This document shows, piece by piece, positions 1-9,900 of a DNA stretch of 64,000 nucleotides (positions are counted from its first letter, which is position 1; the number at the start of each line of letters is the position of its first letter). The notes beneath the pieces are model-generated. The model was not told the origin of the DNA, ran no database searches, and worked only from the letters and a program-made list of their open reading frames with translations. The position numbers and the translations under genes are program-made. The DNA is from Caldisericota bacterium (GTDB lineage: Bacteria > Caldisericota > Caldisericia > JAAYUI01), in assembly GCA_029548865.1 (NCBI GenBank), contig JAKPMO010000002.1:96001-160000 (forward strand). Direction: 5' to 3'.

Positions 1-1608
1 CTTGAGCCTGGCGACAAGCTGACGGTGGAGTTCCCGTGGGACACAAGCATTCCGAAGGTGATACCAAATGACGCAGTTCTGGTTGGCGACAAACCTTCAA
101 GATCGGTGTCGGTTGACGGCCTCAAGCTCACCATAACAACAGACACGGCAATCAAAACTGCAGATGGCGGTGCAGTTGTGTATATCACATGGGACGCTGG
201 TATCATAAACACGAGATATTCCGGGAAGTACAATCTCAAAATCTGGACAGAGAAGGATGAACCGGTGTTTTCTCCGGAATTTGCCATCACCATGCCAAAA
301 GTGGAATCATGGCTTGAATTCAAGGACCCTGCACAGCCGGATGGCCTTGAATATGGTGGCTGTCTCTGGTACAAGACGCCGCCAATCCTCTCGATAACAA
401 GCTGCAATCCTCTTGCAAAGATATTTATGTGGTACGACAACAAGACCGATTCAATCAGACAATACACCGGTGAAAAGAGGCTGGACTATGGCTTGTTCCG
501 TGCAACAATCTGGTATTACGCACAGGTTGGAGACATCAAGGAAGAACCGAAATTCATGCATCTTTGTCTGGATACGGTTATGCCAAGGTTTTCGATCGCC
601 AAACCTGACAAGCAGGTAGTTATTGCCAATAAAAGAACTTACGTTGTCAAAGGCGAACGCGAGCCATGCGAAATGCTCACCGATGGTGACGCTGAAAAAT
701 ACCAGGCAGTTGACGGCATTTATGTCAACGGCAAGGAGCTCCTCGCCCCGGAGATATTTGAGACCGTGAGCAGGGACGAGATTAAAATGACCTTTGAGAC
801 AACGATTGACCTGAAAGAGGGGTCAAATGTTGTCGAGATAAGGGGCATTGACCAGGCAGGAAACGAGAAGATTGAGAAGAGAACAATTATTCTGGACACC
901 ATTCCACCAACAATAGAAATTGTTCGGCCGGACCCAAAAGAACTCCAGAAGCCGGGTGAAAACATCGCAATCCAGGTCAAGTCTGAGACCGATGCCTCAG
1001 TGTTTATCGACGGCCAGATTGCCCAGAAGATAGAGGAGCTTCCAGATGGGAAAACAGCCATCTTTGAAGGTGTCTGGGATGTCGTAGAAGGCGAGAACAA
1101 AGTTAAAATCTTTTCCACCGATGTGGCGGGGAACACTGCAGTAGCCTACCTCACATTCAAGGGTGGAACAAAGGCTGTTACCATCGAGCTCTGGATTGGA
1201 AAGACCGACTTCGTGGTCAACGGGAAAAAGATGCCAAATCTCGCCACAGCACCAACAGCCTCTTCGCCACCACTTCCAAAAGCATTTGCTGGCACAACAT
1301 TCATGCCGATTGCTGATGTCGCAAAAGCGCTTGGCGCGGAGGTCAATTGGGATGCAAAAACCAAAATGATTGCACTTACTCAAACCCTCGACAATGGCAC
1401 CAAAAAAGTCATCCAGCTGTGGATTGGCAAGAAGCAGGCAAAGATTGACGGCAAGGAAGTCTGGATTGATGCAAAAAAGGTCCTTTACCCAACAATCATC
1501 TCTGGAAAGACGTTGCTTCCGCTCAGGTTTATCGCCGAGAACCTGAATTGTGACGTGCAGTATGATGCAAAAACAAAAAAGATAACACTGACCCACCCAA
1601 AACCATGA
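1..1608 (+). CDS. Surface protein, 5'-truncated by the window edge: Ig-like domains plus C-terminal copper-amine-oxidase-N (stalk) domain
   Basis: Frame is open from base 1 (LEPGDKLTVEFP...). Ig-like motifs LKEGSNVVEIRGIDQAGN and DTIPPTI; C-terminal IELWIGK...GKTLLPLRFIAENL...ITLTHPKP. Confidence 0.85.
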   Translation, partial: LEPGDKLTVEFPWDTSIPKVIPNDAVLVGDKPSRSVSVDGLKLTITTDTAIKTADGGAVVYITWDAGIINTRYSGKYNLKIWTEKDEPVFSPEFAITMPKVESWLEFKDPAQPDGLEYGGCLWYKTPPILSITSCNPLAKIFMWYDNKTDSIRQYTGEKRLDYGLFRATIWYYAQVGDIKEEPKFMHLCLDTVMPRFSIAKPDKQVVIANKRTYVVKGEREPCEMLTDGDAEKYQAVDGIYVNGKELLAPEIFETVSRDEIKMTFETTIDLKEGSNVVEIRGIDQAGNEKIEKRTIILDTIPPTIEIVRPDPKELQKPGENIAIQVKSETDASVFIDGQIAQKIEELPDGKTAIFEGVWDVVEGENKVKIFSTDVAGNTAVAYLTFKGGTKAVTIELWIGKTDFVVNGKKMPNLATAPTASSPPLPKAFAGTTFMPIADVAKALGAEVNWDAKTKMIALTQTLDNGTKKVIQLWIGKKQAKIDGKEVWIDAKKVLYPTIISGKTLLPLRFIAENLNCDVQYDAKTKKITLTHPKP

Positions 1609-1664
1609 TTGTTTATTGGTGAGAACTAGATTTTAGGGTTTTGCCTGGTCTCAAGAAGCTGGGC

Positions 1665-2108
1665 TTATTTGCCAGGGTCCTCGCCCTTTTTGAGTTTTTC
1701 GACCATCTGAATGATTTTGCTTTTCATTTTTGCCATGTATTCTGTCTCAAACTGCATTTTGCCTTTGAGTGTTTCGTGCTGGGGGTCTGCAGTTGTTGAT
1801 CTCATGATCATTGCCTTGTCTTCAATGGCCTTGCCGGCAGACATTCTCCATTCCTTGTAGGTTTCAGAGAGCTGGCTGTTTTTGTACTCGGTCCAGTCCC
1901 AAATCGGCTTTGAGAGCTCAGATGGTTTTTTTCCATTGTTTTTTGTGATGGAGTCGATAATTTCCGATGTTTTTTGTTCTATCTGCACGAAGGAATCGTA
2001 GACCTTTTGCTCGTTGTCGTTCCAGGTGATTTTGCCACTGCCACCGCAAGAAACTAGCACTAAGGCCGAAGTGGCCACCAGGATGCAGCATAATGTTTTC
2101 AGGTTCAT
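1665..2108 (-). CDS. Hypothetical lipoprotein
   Basis: AAGGAGG upstream of ATG at 2108; signal peptide with lipobox LVSC. Confidence 0.75.
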   Translation of the reverse strand: MNLKTLCCILVATSALVLVSCGGSGKITWNDNEQKVYDSFVQIEQKTSEIIDSITKNNGKKPSELSKPIWDWTEYKNSQLSETYKEWRMSAGKAIEDKAMIMRSTTADPQHETLKGKMQFETEYMAKMKSKIIQMVEKLKKGEDPGK

Positions 2109-2112
2109 GTTT

Positions 2113-2601
2113 TTATTTCCTCCTTGCGTTGCCGACTCTGGGAGTCGGGGAATTTTCAAAAAGCATGTTTTTTGTCCAGACGAGTGCGCCGGATATGGCA
2201 AAACCTCCAAGGCACAACAAGATCGGGCCTGTCTGGTTGAATATTGCGCCAACAACCGTTTGCCCCGTGATGAGATTTGCCAGCTCGTGGCATGCCCATG
2301 TCAACGCCCATGAGACGAGCCCAAGCCCTGCGGACACAGTCAGGGTGGTCATGAAACTTGATTTTGTTGGGGTTGCAAACCCAAAGATAGATAAAATCTG
2401 GTTTTCATGGAGTTTTTTGCCAAAAATGAAACCCAAAATCAAAAAGAGACCCAGAAACACCAGCCAGCCTGCAAGGAAAGATACTTTTGAGACCACAACG
2501 CCAATATTTCCGCCAAAAACTGCAAAGCACGCCGTTGTAAATACATATAAAAGCGAGCCTTCCAGTAAAGCGTTTATTGCCCATCCAAATCTTGGTTTCA
2601 C
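2113..2601 (-). CDS. Hypothetical integral membrane protein (about 4 TM segments)
   Basis: 162-aa ORF with four hydrophobic stretches; ends 4 nt before the next gene's start. Confidence 0.65.
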   Translation of the reverse strand: MKPRFGWAINALLEGSLLYVFTTACFAVFGGNIGVVVSKVSFLAGWLVFLGLFLILGFIFGKKLHENQILSIFGFATPTKSSFMTTLTVSAGLGLVSWALTWACHELANLITGQTVVGAIFNQTGPILLCLGGFAISGALVWTKNMLFENSPTPRVGNARRK

Positions 2602-2721
2602 GCCCTTCTATTTATCCAGAATGGTTGCTCTAGTCAACAAACATGGTTGTAGAAAAAGAGGATTTTGTTATTTGGCTGGTTGTGGAAAGGCCGGGCCATT
2701 TGTTGGGGCCGACCTGAAATT

Positions 2722-2754
2722 AAAAAAGGCCGGGTTTTATCTGCCCGGCCTTTT
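2722..2754 (-). terminator. Intrinsic terminator after the SIMPL gene
   Basis: AAAAAAGGCCGGG-loop-CCCGGCCTTTT hairpin. Confidence 0.8.
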
Positions 2755-2774
2755 AGATGTTCATCTTTTTTCTT

Positions 2775-3530
2775 CTAGTAGTTGAACTCAACGTTCACAT
2801 TTACTGTGATTGAGTAATTGCCGCTGATGATGTTTGGTGATACTCCACCTGCTCCACCGCCACGGGAATCTTCGCTTGGTGCCATGCTCTTGTTTGTTAT
2901 GTATGGCTGGTATCCAGCGATGTTGATGTTTTTGACCGAAAGGACTTTAAGGCTGTATTCGCCAAGCGCGGTGTCTGCCTTGGATTTTGCGTCCCTCATA
3001 GCCGTCTTGAGTGCTTCGGCATAGAAATCTGCCTCGTTTTTCACAGTGTAGTTTATGGAGCCAATCTGGTTGACGCCGTTTTCTGTTCCCTTGTCGATGA
3101 TCTCGCCAATCTTTTTGAGGTCATAAGCTGTCACCTTGAGGGTGTAGCTTGCCTGGTAGCCAACAAGCCTGCTCTCGTTGTCTTCCGGAAAATACTTGTA
3201 GACTGGGTTGAGGTAGTAGCCAATTGTTTCGAGGTCATCTTCCTTGCAGCCGATCTTCTTGAGCGCCTCGATGAGCGCATTTGCCTTGCTGTCGTTCTGC
3301 TGCTGGGCCTGTCTTGCCGATTTGTCAGTTGTTGTAATGGTCAGATCGATAATAAATTTGTCAGGCTTTGCTGTTACTGTCCCTACACCAGTCACAAATA
3401 TTGTATTTTTGTTCTCTGCTTCCTGAACATTCTGCGTGTCTTTTGCACCTACAACGCCAAAGGCCGCTATGGAACCGATAATTAGCGAACCTATGACTAT
3501 CCCTGTCGTCATTATTATAGTTTTCTTCAT
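2775..3530 (-). CDS. SIMPL (DUF541) domain protein
   Basis: TIFVTGVGTVTAKPD, GYQASYTLKVT, EALKTAMRDAKSKA and ITVNVNVEF motifs; GGAGGT RBS before ATG at 3530. Confidence 0.9.
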   Translation of the reverse strand: MKKTIIMTTGIVIGSLIIGSIAAFGVVGAKDTQNVQEAENKNTIFVTGVGTVTAKPDKFIIDLTITTTDKSARQAQQQNDSKANALIEALKKIGCKEDDLETIGYYLNPVYKYFPEDNESRLVGYQASYTLKVTAYDLKKIGEIIDKGTENGVNQIGSINYTVKNEADFYAEALKTAMRDAKSKADTALGEYSLKVLSVKNINIAGYQPYITNKSMAPSEDSRGGGAGGVSPNIISGNYSITVNVNVEFNY

Positions 3531-3725
3531 TTTGTTACCTCCGTTTTTTGAGTTAGGAGCGCTCACCTTCAGTACACTCCATGCCGTAAAAAAGTTTTTA
3601 ACTGTTCAAAAAAATGTCAAAAATACTGATTTTATTTGACCTGGAACGAGTGTTAGTCAATGCCGGGAGTACCACTATTAATTATAAAAAGAAAATGTTT
3701 TTGGAACAATCAGAAAGAACGTGAT

Positions 3726-4574
3726 CTATTTTGTTTTTTCCCTCAAATAGATAAACCAGTAAGAAATACCAACAAATAACGCCCCTCCAACAATATTGCC
3801 GAGCGTGACCCACAAGAGATTGTTTGCCATGGCGCCTGGCGAGAGGTGTGAAAAATCCTGGGCAGTTTTGCCAATTGATGACCAAAATGATTGCCCTGCA
3901 AAATTTTTTATGAGTATGGCGATGGTGCCAAAATACATGTTGGCGACACTGTGTTCAAATCCTGCGGCCACAAAAGCGGTGATTGGAAAGATTATTGCCA
4001 TTATCTTGCATGTTGTTGTTTTGGCACTGTATGTGAGCCATACAGCCAGGCAAACGAGCACATTACATAAAATTCCTAGAAAAAACATCTGTGATGGCTG
4101 AAGTGCAAATTTGCCCTCTGCAATCTTGAGCGCCCAAAGTCCCACCTGGCCGCCAGAGAAGAGATATTGTCCGCCGAGGAAGATTGTTGCAGCTATTATC
4201 ACGGAACCTACAAAATTGCCAAAATAGACTATCGCCCAGTTGCGAAGAAGTTTTGAGAAGGTGATTTTTTTGTTTGCCCAGGCCATCGCTATCAAGTTGT
4301 TGCCGGTGAAAAGCTCTGCCCCTCCAACAACGACCAGTATGAGTCCAGTGCAAAATGCAAATCCTGCGAGCATTTTTGATATCCCGTAAGGGATTGCCTC
4401 TGAGCCCACAAGAACGGTGGACGAAAAGAAGCCACCTATTGCAATGTATGCACCCGCCAGCAACGAAAGGGTGAATGTTTTTGTAAAGCTCTGGTTGGCT
4501 TTTTTAACGCCTATTTCTTCAGCTTTTTTTGCCATTTCATGAGGTAGCAGCGAATCGAATGATTGATTGTCCAT
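3726..4574 (-). CDS. focA: Formate/nitrite transporter (FocA family)
   Basis: GAELFTGNN, GILCNVLVCLAVW, GFEHSVANMY and VTLGNIVGG signature motifs. Confidence 0.9.
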   Translation of the reverse strand: MDNQSFDSLLPHEMAKKAEEIGVKKANQSFTKTFTLSLLAGAYIAIGGFFSSTVLVGSEAIPYGISKMLAGFAFCTGLILVVVGGAELFTGNNLIAMAWANKKITFSKLLRNWAIVYFGNFVGSVIIAATIFLGGQYLFSGGQVGLWALKIAEGKFALQPSQMFFLGILCNVLVCLAVWLTYSAKTTTCKIMAIIFPITAFVAAGFEHSVANMYFGTIAILIKNFAGQSFWSSIGKTAQDFSHLSPGAMANNLLWVTLGNIVGGALFVGISYWFIYLREKTK

Positions 4575-4715
4575 TTTTCACCAGCCTTTTGGGATGTAAT
4601 TTATTGCCCCGATTAGGATTTTTTCAAGGTTCATATTTTTGAAAAAAATAGAGTATTGACTTCCCATTAAATGGTGCTAAAAACACAGGAAAACATTTTT
4701 TTGGTTATTTTTAAA

Positions 4716-5297
4716 ATGAAAGATAGAAAATACCAATTTTTAGAGTCAGTAAATAATATTTACCGGAGAACCAAAAAGCCGGTCCATTACTCTAGTGTTG
4801 CGGATTTTTTGGGAGTGTCACTCTCAACCGCATACAACATCCTTCTTGAATTGTCATCCAGGGGTCTCCTCAAAAAGATTTATGAACCTGATGGAAAGAA
4901 GGGCAGGGCGAAGATTTTGTTCATGCCCACAGAGGATGGCACGCTTACTGCAAGCCGTGAAAATGGTGGGAACCTTATGGATTGCATCCTGGCTTGCCAC
5001 TTTGCCATTATGACTGCAGTGATGAAGGCCCCGGAGATTCTCTCCTCAACAAGATGTTGCAAGGATTCTTCCAAATCGGTTGTCGTTGGGCTCATGACCG
5101 GAATATGGGATAAAATAATTGAAAACATATCATGTGATCAAACCTCCATGGAGTTCCTGAACAGGGTTTCAGGGACCAAGAGGCAGTTTCTCAAATCTAT
5201 TTCAAAACTCTCAGATGTTGAAATTAGGTCGTTATGTAGGGCGCTGACATCATTTTTCTTCATGGCAAATAATCTAATCATTATGGGAAGGGGATGA
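4716..5297 (+). CDS. Winged-helix transcriptional regulator
   Basis: PVHYSSVADFLGVSLSTAYNILLELSSRGLL HTH; stop overlaps the radical SAM start (ATGA). Start codon uncertain (4671 or 4716). Confidence 0.8.
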   Translation: MKDRKYQFLESVNNIYRRTKKPVHYSSVADFLGVSLSTAYNILLELSSRGLLKKIYEPDGKKGRAKILFMPTEDGTLTASRENGGNLMDCILACHFAIMTAVMKAPEILSSTRCCKDSSKSVVVGLMTGIWDKIIENISCDQTSMEFLNRVSGTKRQFLKSISKLSDVEIRSLCRALTSFFFMANNLIIMGRG

Positions 5298-6757
5298 GAG
5301 AAATTATGAATGCCATTGAAAATGCAAAAAGAATCGCTGGAAATGTTGTTGTAAATGCTGCCATGAATTACATCACCAATGGTAATGTTGAAAGGAAGAT
5401 TGATGACCTTTTTAACATTGCGCTTAAACTTGCCTGGAGACCATGCGACAGGGAACCCATTCTCCAGCTCAAAAGCAGATTCAGGGACCCTGATTGCCCA
5501 CAGAAAAAGCTTCTAGTAAACGTCCTCAAATCCGATCCGAACTGGTTGAAAAAAGCCGCGGCCAATTTTTTTGTAAATTCAATCATTGTTGGCAGAAAAA
5601 AAACGCTGGAGCTGGAAAAAAGAAATAAAATGATGCTCCCGTTCTTTCTCCTTATTGATCCAACAGAGAGATGCAATTACAGGTGCAAGGGCTGCTGGGC
5701 CGGGAATTTTGACCCATGCGACATGCCGTATGAGGTTTTTGATCGCCTGCTTTGCGAGGCCAAGGAGCTTGGGATTTATTTTGTTACGATCAGCGGAGGA
5801 GAGCCTTTTCTTTACAAGGATCTTTTCAAGGTCATGGAGAAGCATCCTGACATGACGTTTCATTTCTACACAAATGGTTCATTGCTTGCTGATGAGGAAT
5901 TTGCTGATAAATTCGTTGCGCTTGGAAATGGACTTCCATGTTTTTCACTTGAAGGTTTTGAAGAAAGAACTGATGAAAGAAGGGGCAAGGGTGCTTTTGT
6001 CAAGGTCATGAAGGCCATGGACAACCTGAGGGAGAGGAGATATCCTTTTGGAATCTCCTGCACTGCAACTTCGCAGAACTACAAAGAAATAACATCTGAC
6101 GAGTTCGTTGATGCCATGGTCAAAAAAGGGGTCGTGCTTGGCTGGTATTTTATGTACATGCCAATAGGCAGGGACCCGGATTTTGAAATCATGCTCAAGC
6201 CAGAACAGCGCAAATACATGTGGCAGAGGACAACAAAAATCAGGAATGAGAAACCGATCGTGTTTGCAGATTTCTGGAACGACGGCCCAGTCACCGATGG
6301 CTGCCTGGCTGGAGGAAGAAGGTATGTACATATAACGGCCGATTGCCATGTTGAGCCTTGTGCTTTTGTGCATTTCAACAGACCTGAAGATAGTGTAAGA
6401 GAGAAATCATTGTTGAAAGTGCTGGAAGAGTCGAAGTTGTTCAATGCGATGAGGGCAAGGCAGAATCCTGCCTATGAATCCAATCCCATGAGGCCATGCT
6501 GGATTGTGGACAGACCGTGGGCCCTGAGAGATGTTGTAAAAGAGGTCTCTGCCGATGCGTCTGAAGCTGGCTCCATCCATCTCATGGATGAAAAAGTCGC
6601 TGGTGAACTTGACAGGAGAGCAAAAGCCTGGGAGCCTGTCGCCAATGAAATATGGGAATCAATCCAGAATTACAACAAGAGATTTGAAAAAATCAGCAAG
6701 ATTGCCCAGAAAAACATACAAAGCCTGGATGACATAAAAGAAGAGGACTTGCATTAG
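5294..6757 (+). CDS. Radical SAM protein with SPASM/twitch-like C-terminus (possible membrane-spanning lipid synthase family)
   Basis: CNYRCKGC (CxxxCxxC), SGGEPF, YTNGSL, GCLAGGRRY..HITADCHVEPC. Confidence 0.9.
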   Translation: MREIMNAIENAKRIAGNVVVNAAMNYITNGNVERKIDDLFNIALKLAWRPCDREPILQLKSRFRDPDCPQKKLLVNVLKSDPNWLKKAAANFFVNSIIVGRKKTLELEKRNKMMLPFFLLIDPTERCNYRCKGCWAGNFDPCDMPYEVFDRLLCEAKELGIYFVTISGGEPFLYKDLFKVMEKHPDMTFHFYTNGSLLADEEFADKFVALGNGLPCFSLEGFEERTDERRGKGAFVKVMKAMDNLRERRYPFGISCTATSQNYKEITSDEFVDAMVKKGVVLGWYFMYMPIGRDPDFEIMLKPEQRKYMWQRTTKIRNEKPIVFADFWNDGPVTDGCLAGGRRYVHITADCHVEPCAFVHFNRPEDSVREKSLLKVLEESKLFNAMRARQNPAYESNPMRPCWIVDRPWALRDVVKEVSADASEAGSIHLMDEKVAGELDRRAKAWEPVANEIWESIQNYNKRFEKISKIAQKNIQSLDDIKEEDLH

Positions 6758-6781
6758 CTAAGCTTTTAAATATTCCTTAAT

Positions 6782-6822
6782 CAACAACTGCCCTTTGCAT
6801 TTTGTGCAAAGGGCAGTTGTTG
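6782..6822 (+). terminator. Hairpin terminator after the radical SAM gene
   Basis: 18-bp perfect stem CAACAACTGCCCTTTGCA / TGCAAAGGGCAGTTGTTG; weak U tract. Confidence 0.7.
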
Positions 6823-6878
6823 TATTTGGCTTTTCCAAAACATCATAAATAATTTCTTGTATCAACATCAAATTTCAA

Positions 6879-6907
6879 TTGACGAATTGACCGCGTCAAA
6901 CTAGAAT
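6879..6907 (+). promoter_or_regulatory. Sigma70-type promoter of the subtilase gene with overlapping inverted repeat
   Basis: TTGACG-17nt-TAGAAT; TTGACG-N9-CGTCAA palindrome covers the -35 and spacer. Confidence 0.6.
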
Positions 6908-6952
6908 GTATGCAAGACTTAATACAAGCCTGAAATGGCGTTGGAGGCTTTG

Positions 6953-9900
6953 ATGAAGAAAGTTTTAGCGGTTATCTTTGTTTTGGCCATGGTACTCACT
7001 GTCATTCCGTTGCATGGTGATGCCTTTGCTGCGTCCAATGTTGATCCAGAGATCATCTCCATGAAGAACGACGGGAACAAGGTCATTGAAGTCCTTGTTA
7101 AATTCAGTGCTGAACCTGTTGTACAGACATACACGTACCATGGAGCATTCCCGACAACATCAAGTGAAATAATGAGACCAGGAAACGTCATGACAAGTGT
7201 TGCCATGACCCCTATCAGGTTCCAGCAGAGTGTTTTGATGCCGAAACTTGCAAACATAAAAGGCATCATCAAGGTTGGGACGCCACTTCAGTACGTTTAT
7301 AACGGCGTATATATGAGACTTCCGGTAAATAAGGTGTTTGATGTCGCAAGAATTCATGGTGTCAAATACGTAACTTATCTGCCAGAAATGAAGGTAGATC
7401 GTATCAGGTCAAAGACTTTTCTTGGTGCAGAAAGGGTCTGGAATGAAGTAAAGGACCCAAAGGGTAGAAAAGTTGATGGAACGGGAATTATCTGTGCCGT
7501 CACTGATACTGGAATTGACTACACACACCAGGATTTTGGGAGCCAGAAGTCACCCCAGGGCAAAAAAGTAGTTTTCAGCCATGATTTTGGTGATGGCGAT
7601 GATGATTGCCAAGAAATTCAGCCAAGTGGTGCCCAAAACCCAGGAACCAGCCACGGAACAGCATGCTCCGGAATCATAGCCGGTGATGGTCCTGATAATG
7701 AAAAAGGAATGGCCCCAAAAGCCCTTCTTGCTGGTTACAAAATATCTGATTCAAAAAATAATGGTGGCCTTAATAGCGATGGTATCTTAAAAGCATTTGA
7801 GTATCTTGTCACCGAAAAAATACATGTGTCAAACAATTCTTATGGCGCACCTGGTGGTTCTTCATACATGGATGAGCTTGAGAATAATACCGTTTTGGCA
7901 GGTTGCGCTGTCGTTGCCTCTCAGGGTAATGAAGGTTCTCCTGGTCCAAAACTTCCGATCCCATCTGGTTCTACGGCCACACCGGACAATGTTATTGGTG
8001 TTGGTGCAACCGATGACACCGATGGTGTTATCATGAAGATCGAAGATGCCCCAACACAAGAAATGCAGGGTACGTTGTTCCCAGGTGAATGGGGAGATAC
8101 TGGAAAAGTGTTTGGCAATACCGGCGCACCGCTTGAGCTTGTTGATTGTGGATGGGGAAGACCAGAGGATTTTGAGGGTCTTGATCTGACTGGAAAAGCA
8201 GCTCTCATTCAGCGTGGTCCTTCACCAGTGCTTTTCGGAGACAAATTTGGTCCTGCGATCAACTTTAAAGACAAAAACCTGAATGCATCAAAAGCTGGCG
8301 CTAAGGTAATGGTCCTTTATAATCATGAACCAGGTAAAATTGGCGCTCTTTATGCTAATTCCCCTGGTGGTCCGCTTGACAAGAATCTTATCCCAAGCTT
8401 TCACCTTTCGAGAATACAGGGTGAGGCTCTAAGGAAAGAGCTCCACCGTGATAACGAGTGGGAACTTGGTCAAAAAGATACTGACCAGAAAAAAATCATC
8501 ATTAGTTTTGGCAAACCTTCGATAAAAGCCAATGTGGCTGATTTTACTTCCTCTGGTCCAACCCGCAGAATGATGCTCAAGCCAGATGTTTCAGCTCCTG
8601 GAGTTGGCATAGAAACCACAAACCCAACATGGGACGCAAAGAACCCATATATGTTCACATTTGGTGGGACCTCTGCTGCTGGCCCATTTGTGGCTGGTTG
8701 CGTCTCTCTTATACGTCAGGCAAGACCAGACTGGAATCCATTTGAAATAAAGCGTGCCGTAATGAACACAGCAATCCCGCTCAAGCGTTTTGATGGGCAG
8801 GGATATATTCCTTTGACTGTTCAGGGACAGGGAAGAATAAATGTTTACAATGCGATAAATACAGATCTTATGTTCCAGCCACCATCAGGTCTTATTGATA
8901 CAAACAATAACAATGCCATTCATGTTGCAGATTGGCCAGCAGAATGGGCAGATCCAGACAAGAGAAGTCAGCTTCCGGCCAATGTCAGGGACTATCCGAT
9001 AGGAATGAAGATTTACAATTACAACGACAAAGAGAACAAAAATATAGAATTTTCCTTTGAAGTTAATGCAAGGTATCCTGAAAGAATTGATGTATCATTC
9101 TCTACAAAAAATCTTACTGTTCCAAAGATGGTTGGTAAAAAACCTGGAGAAGCATGGGTAGGATTCAACATTACACTCCCAAAAAACATTCAGGGTAACG
9201 TTAATGATATTTTTATTTGGGCGACCGATAAGGCAACTGGCAAAAAGTGGCATGTTGGTTGGTGTATTTATAACAACCAGAATCCAAGAAACAACACTCA
9301 TGCTGGAGCAATAGAGATCAATCCTCCTGAATTTACTCCAAATGGTGATGGTGAGCAGGATGAAATTAAAGTCGACTACACTTTAACCAATGGTACCCTA
9401 CAGCTTTGGAGTGGTTATGCTTGGGATTCTTATCTCAACTTCCAGGATGAGCTGATTTTCTGGGCAATCGATCTAAATTCAGAAAGATGGGTGAAGATTC
9501 ACGAGGCTTCAAATGTGGAAATTGGCAACCATAGCTTCATCTGGGATGGCAAAGATAGCTTTGGAAACTATATTCTTCCTGAAGGAGAATGGTTTATCCA
9601 GGTTTCTGCTTCAGGATCGAAACTTGATCTGTCTAAACGAGCTTTTGTACCTATAAGCGATGATTTTAATCTCCTGAATGAATCTTTTGTTGTTTCAAAA
9701 AGCACTGTGCCGCCGCTACCCACGATATTTGCTTATGCCTTGCCGATTGAGCCGGGTGTTGGCGATGAATTCTCTGTTGGGATCTATATCAAATATGCCG
9801 TCAATGTAAAAACATTACAATTCCAGATCAATTTGAAAGGTTCAGAGGGAATAATAAAATATCTCGGTCATGAAGTTGGTGAATTCATGCAGAGAGATGA

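Noticed and set aside
2093..2785. 230-aa plus-strand ORF
   Set aside because: Antisense to the membrane protein gene, runs through a terminator and has no recognisable features
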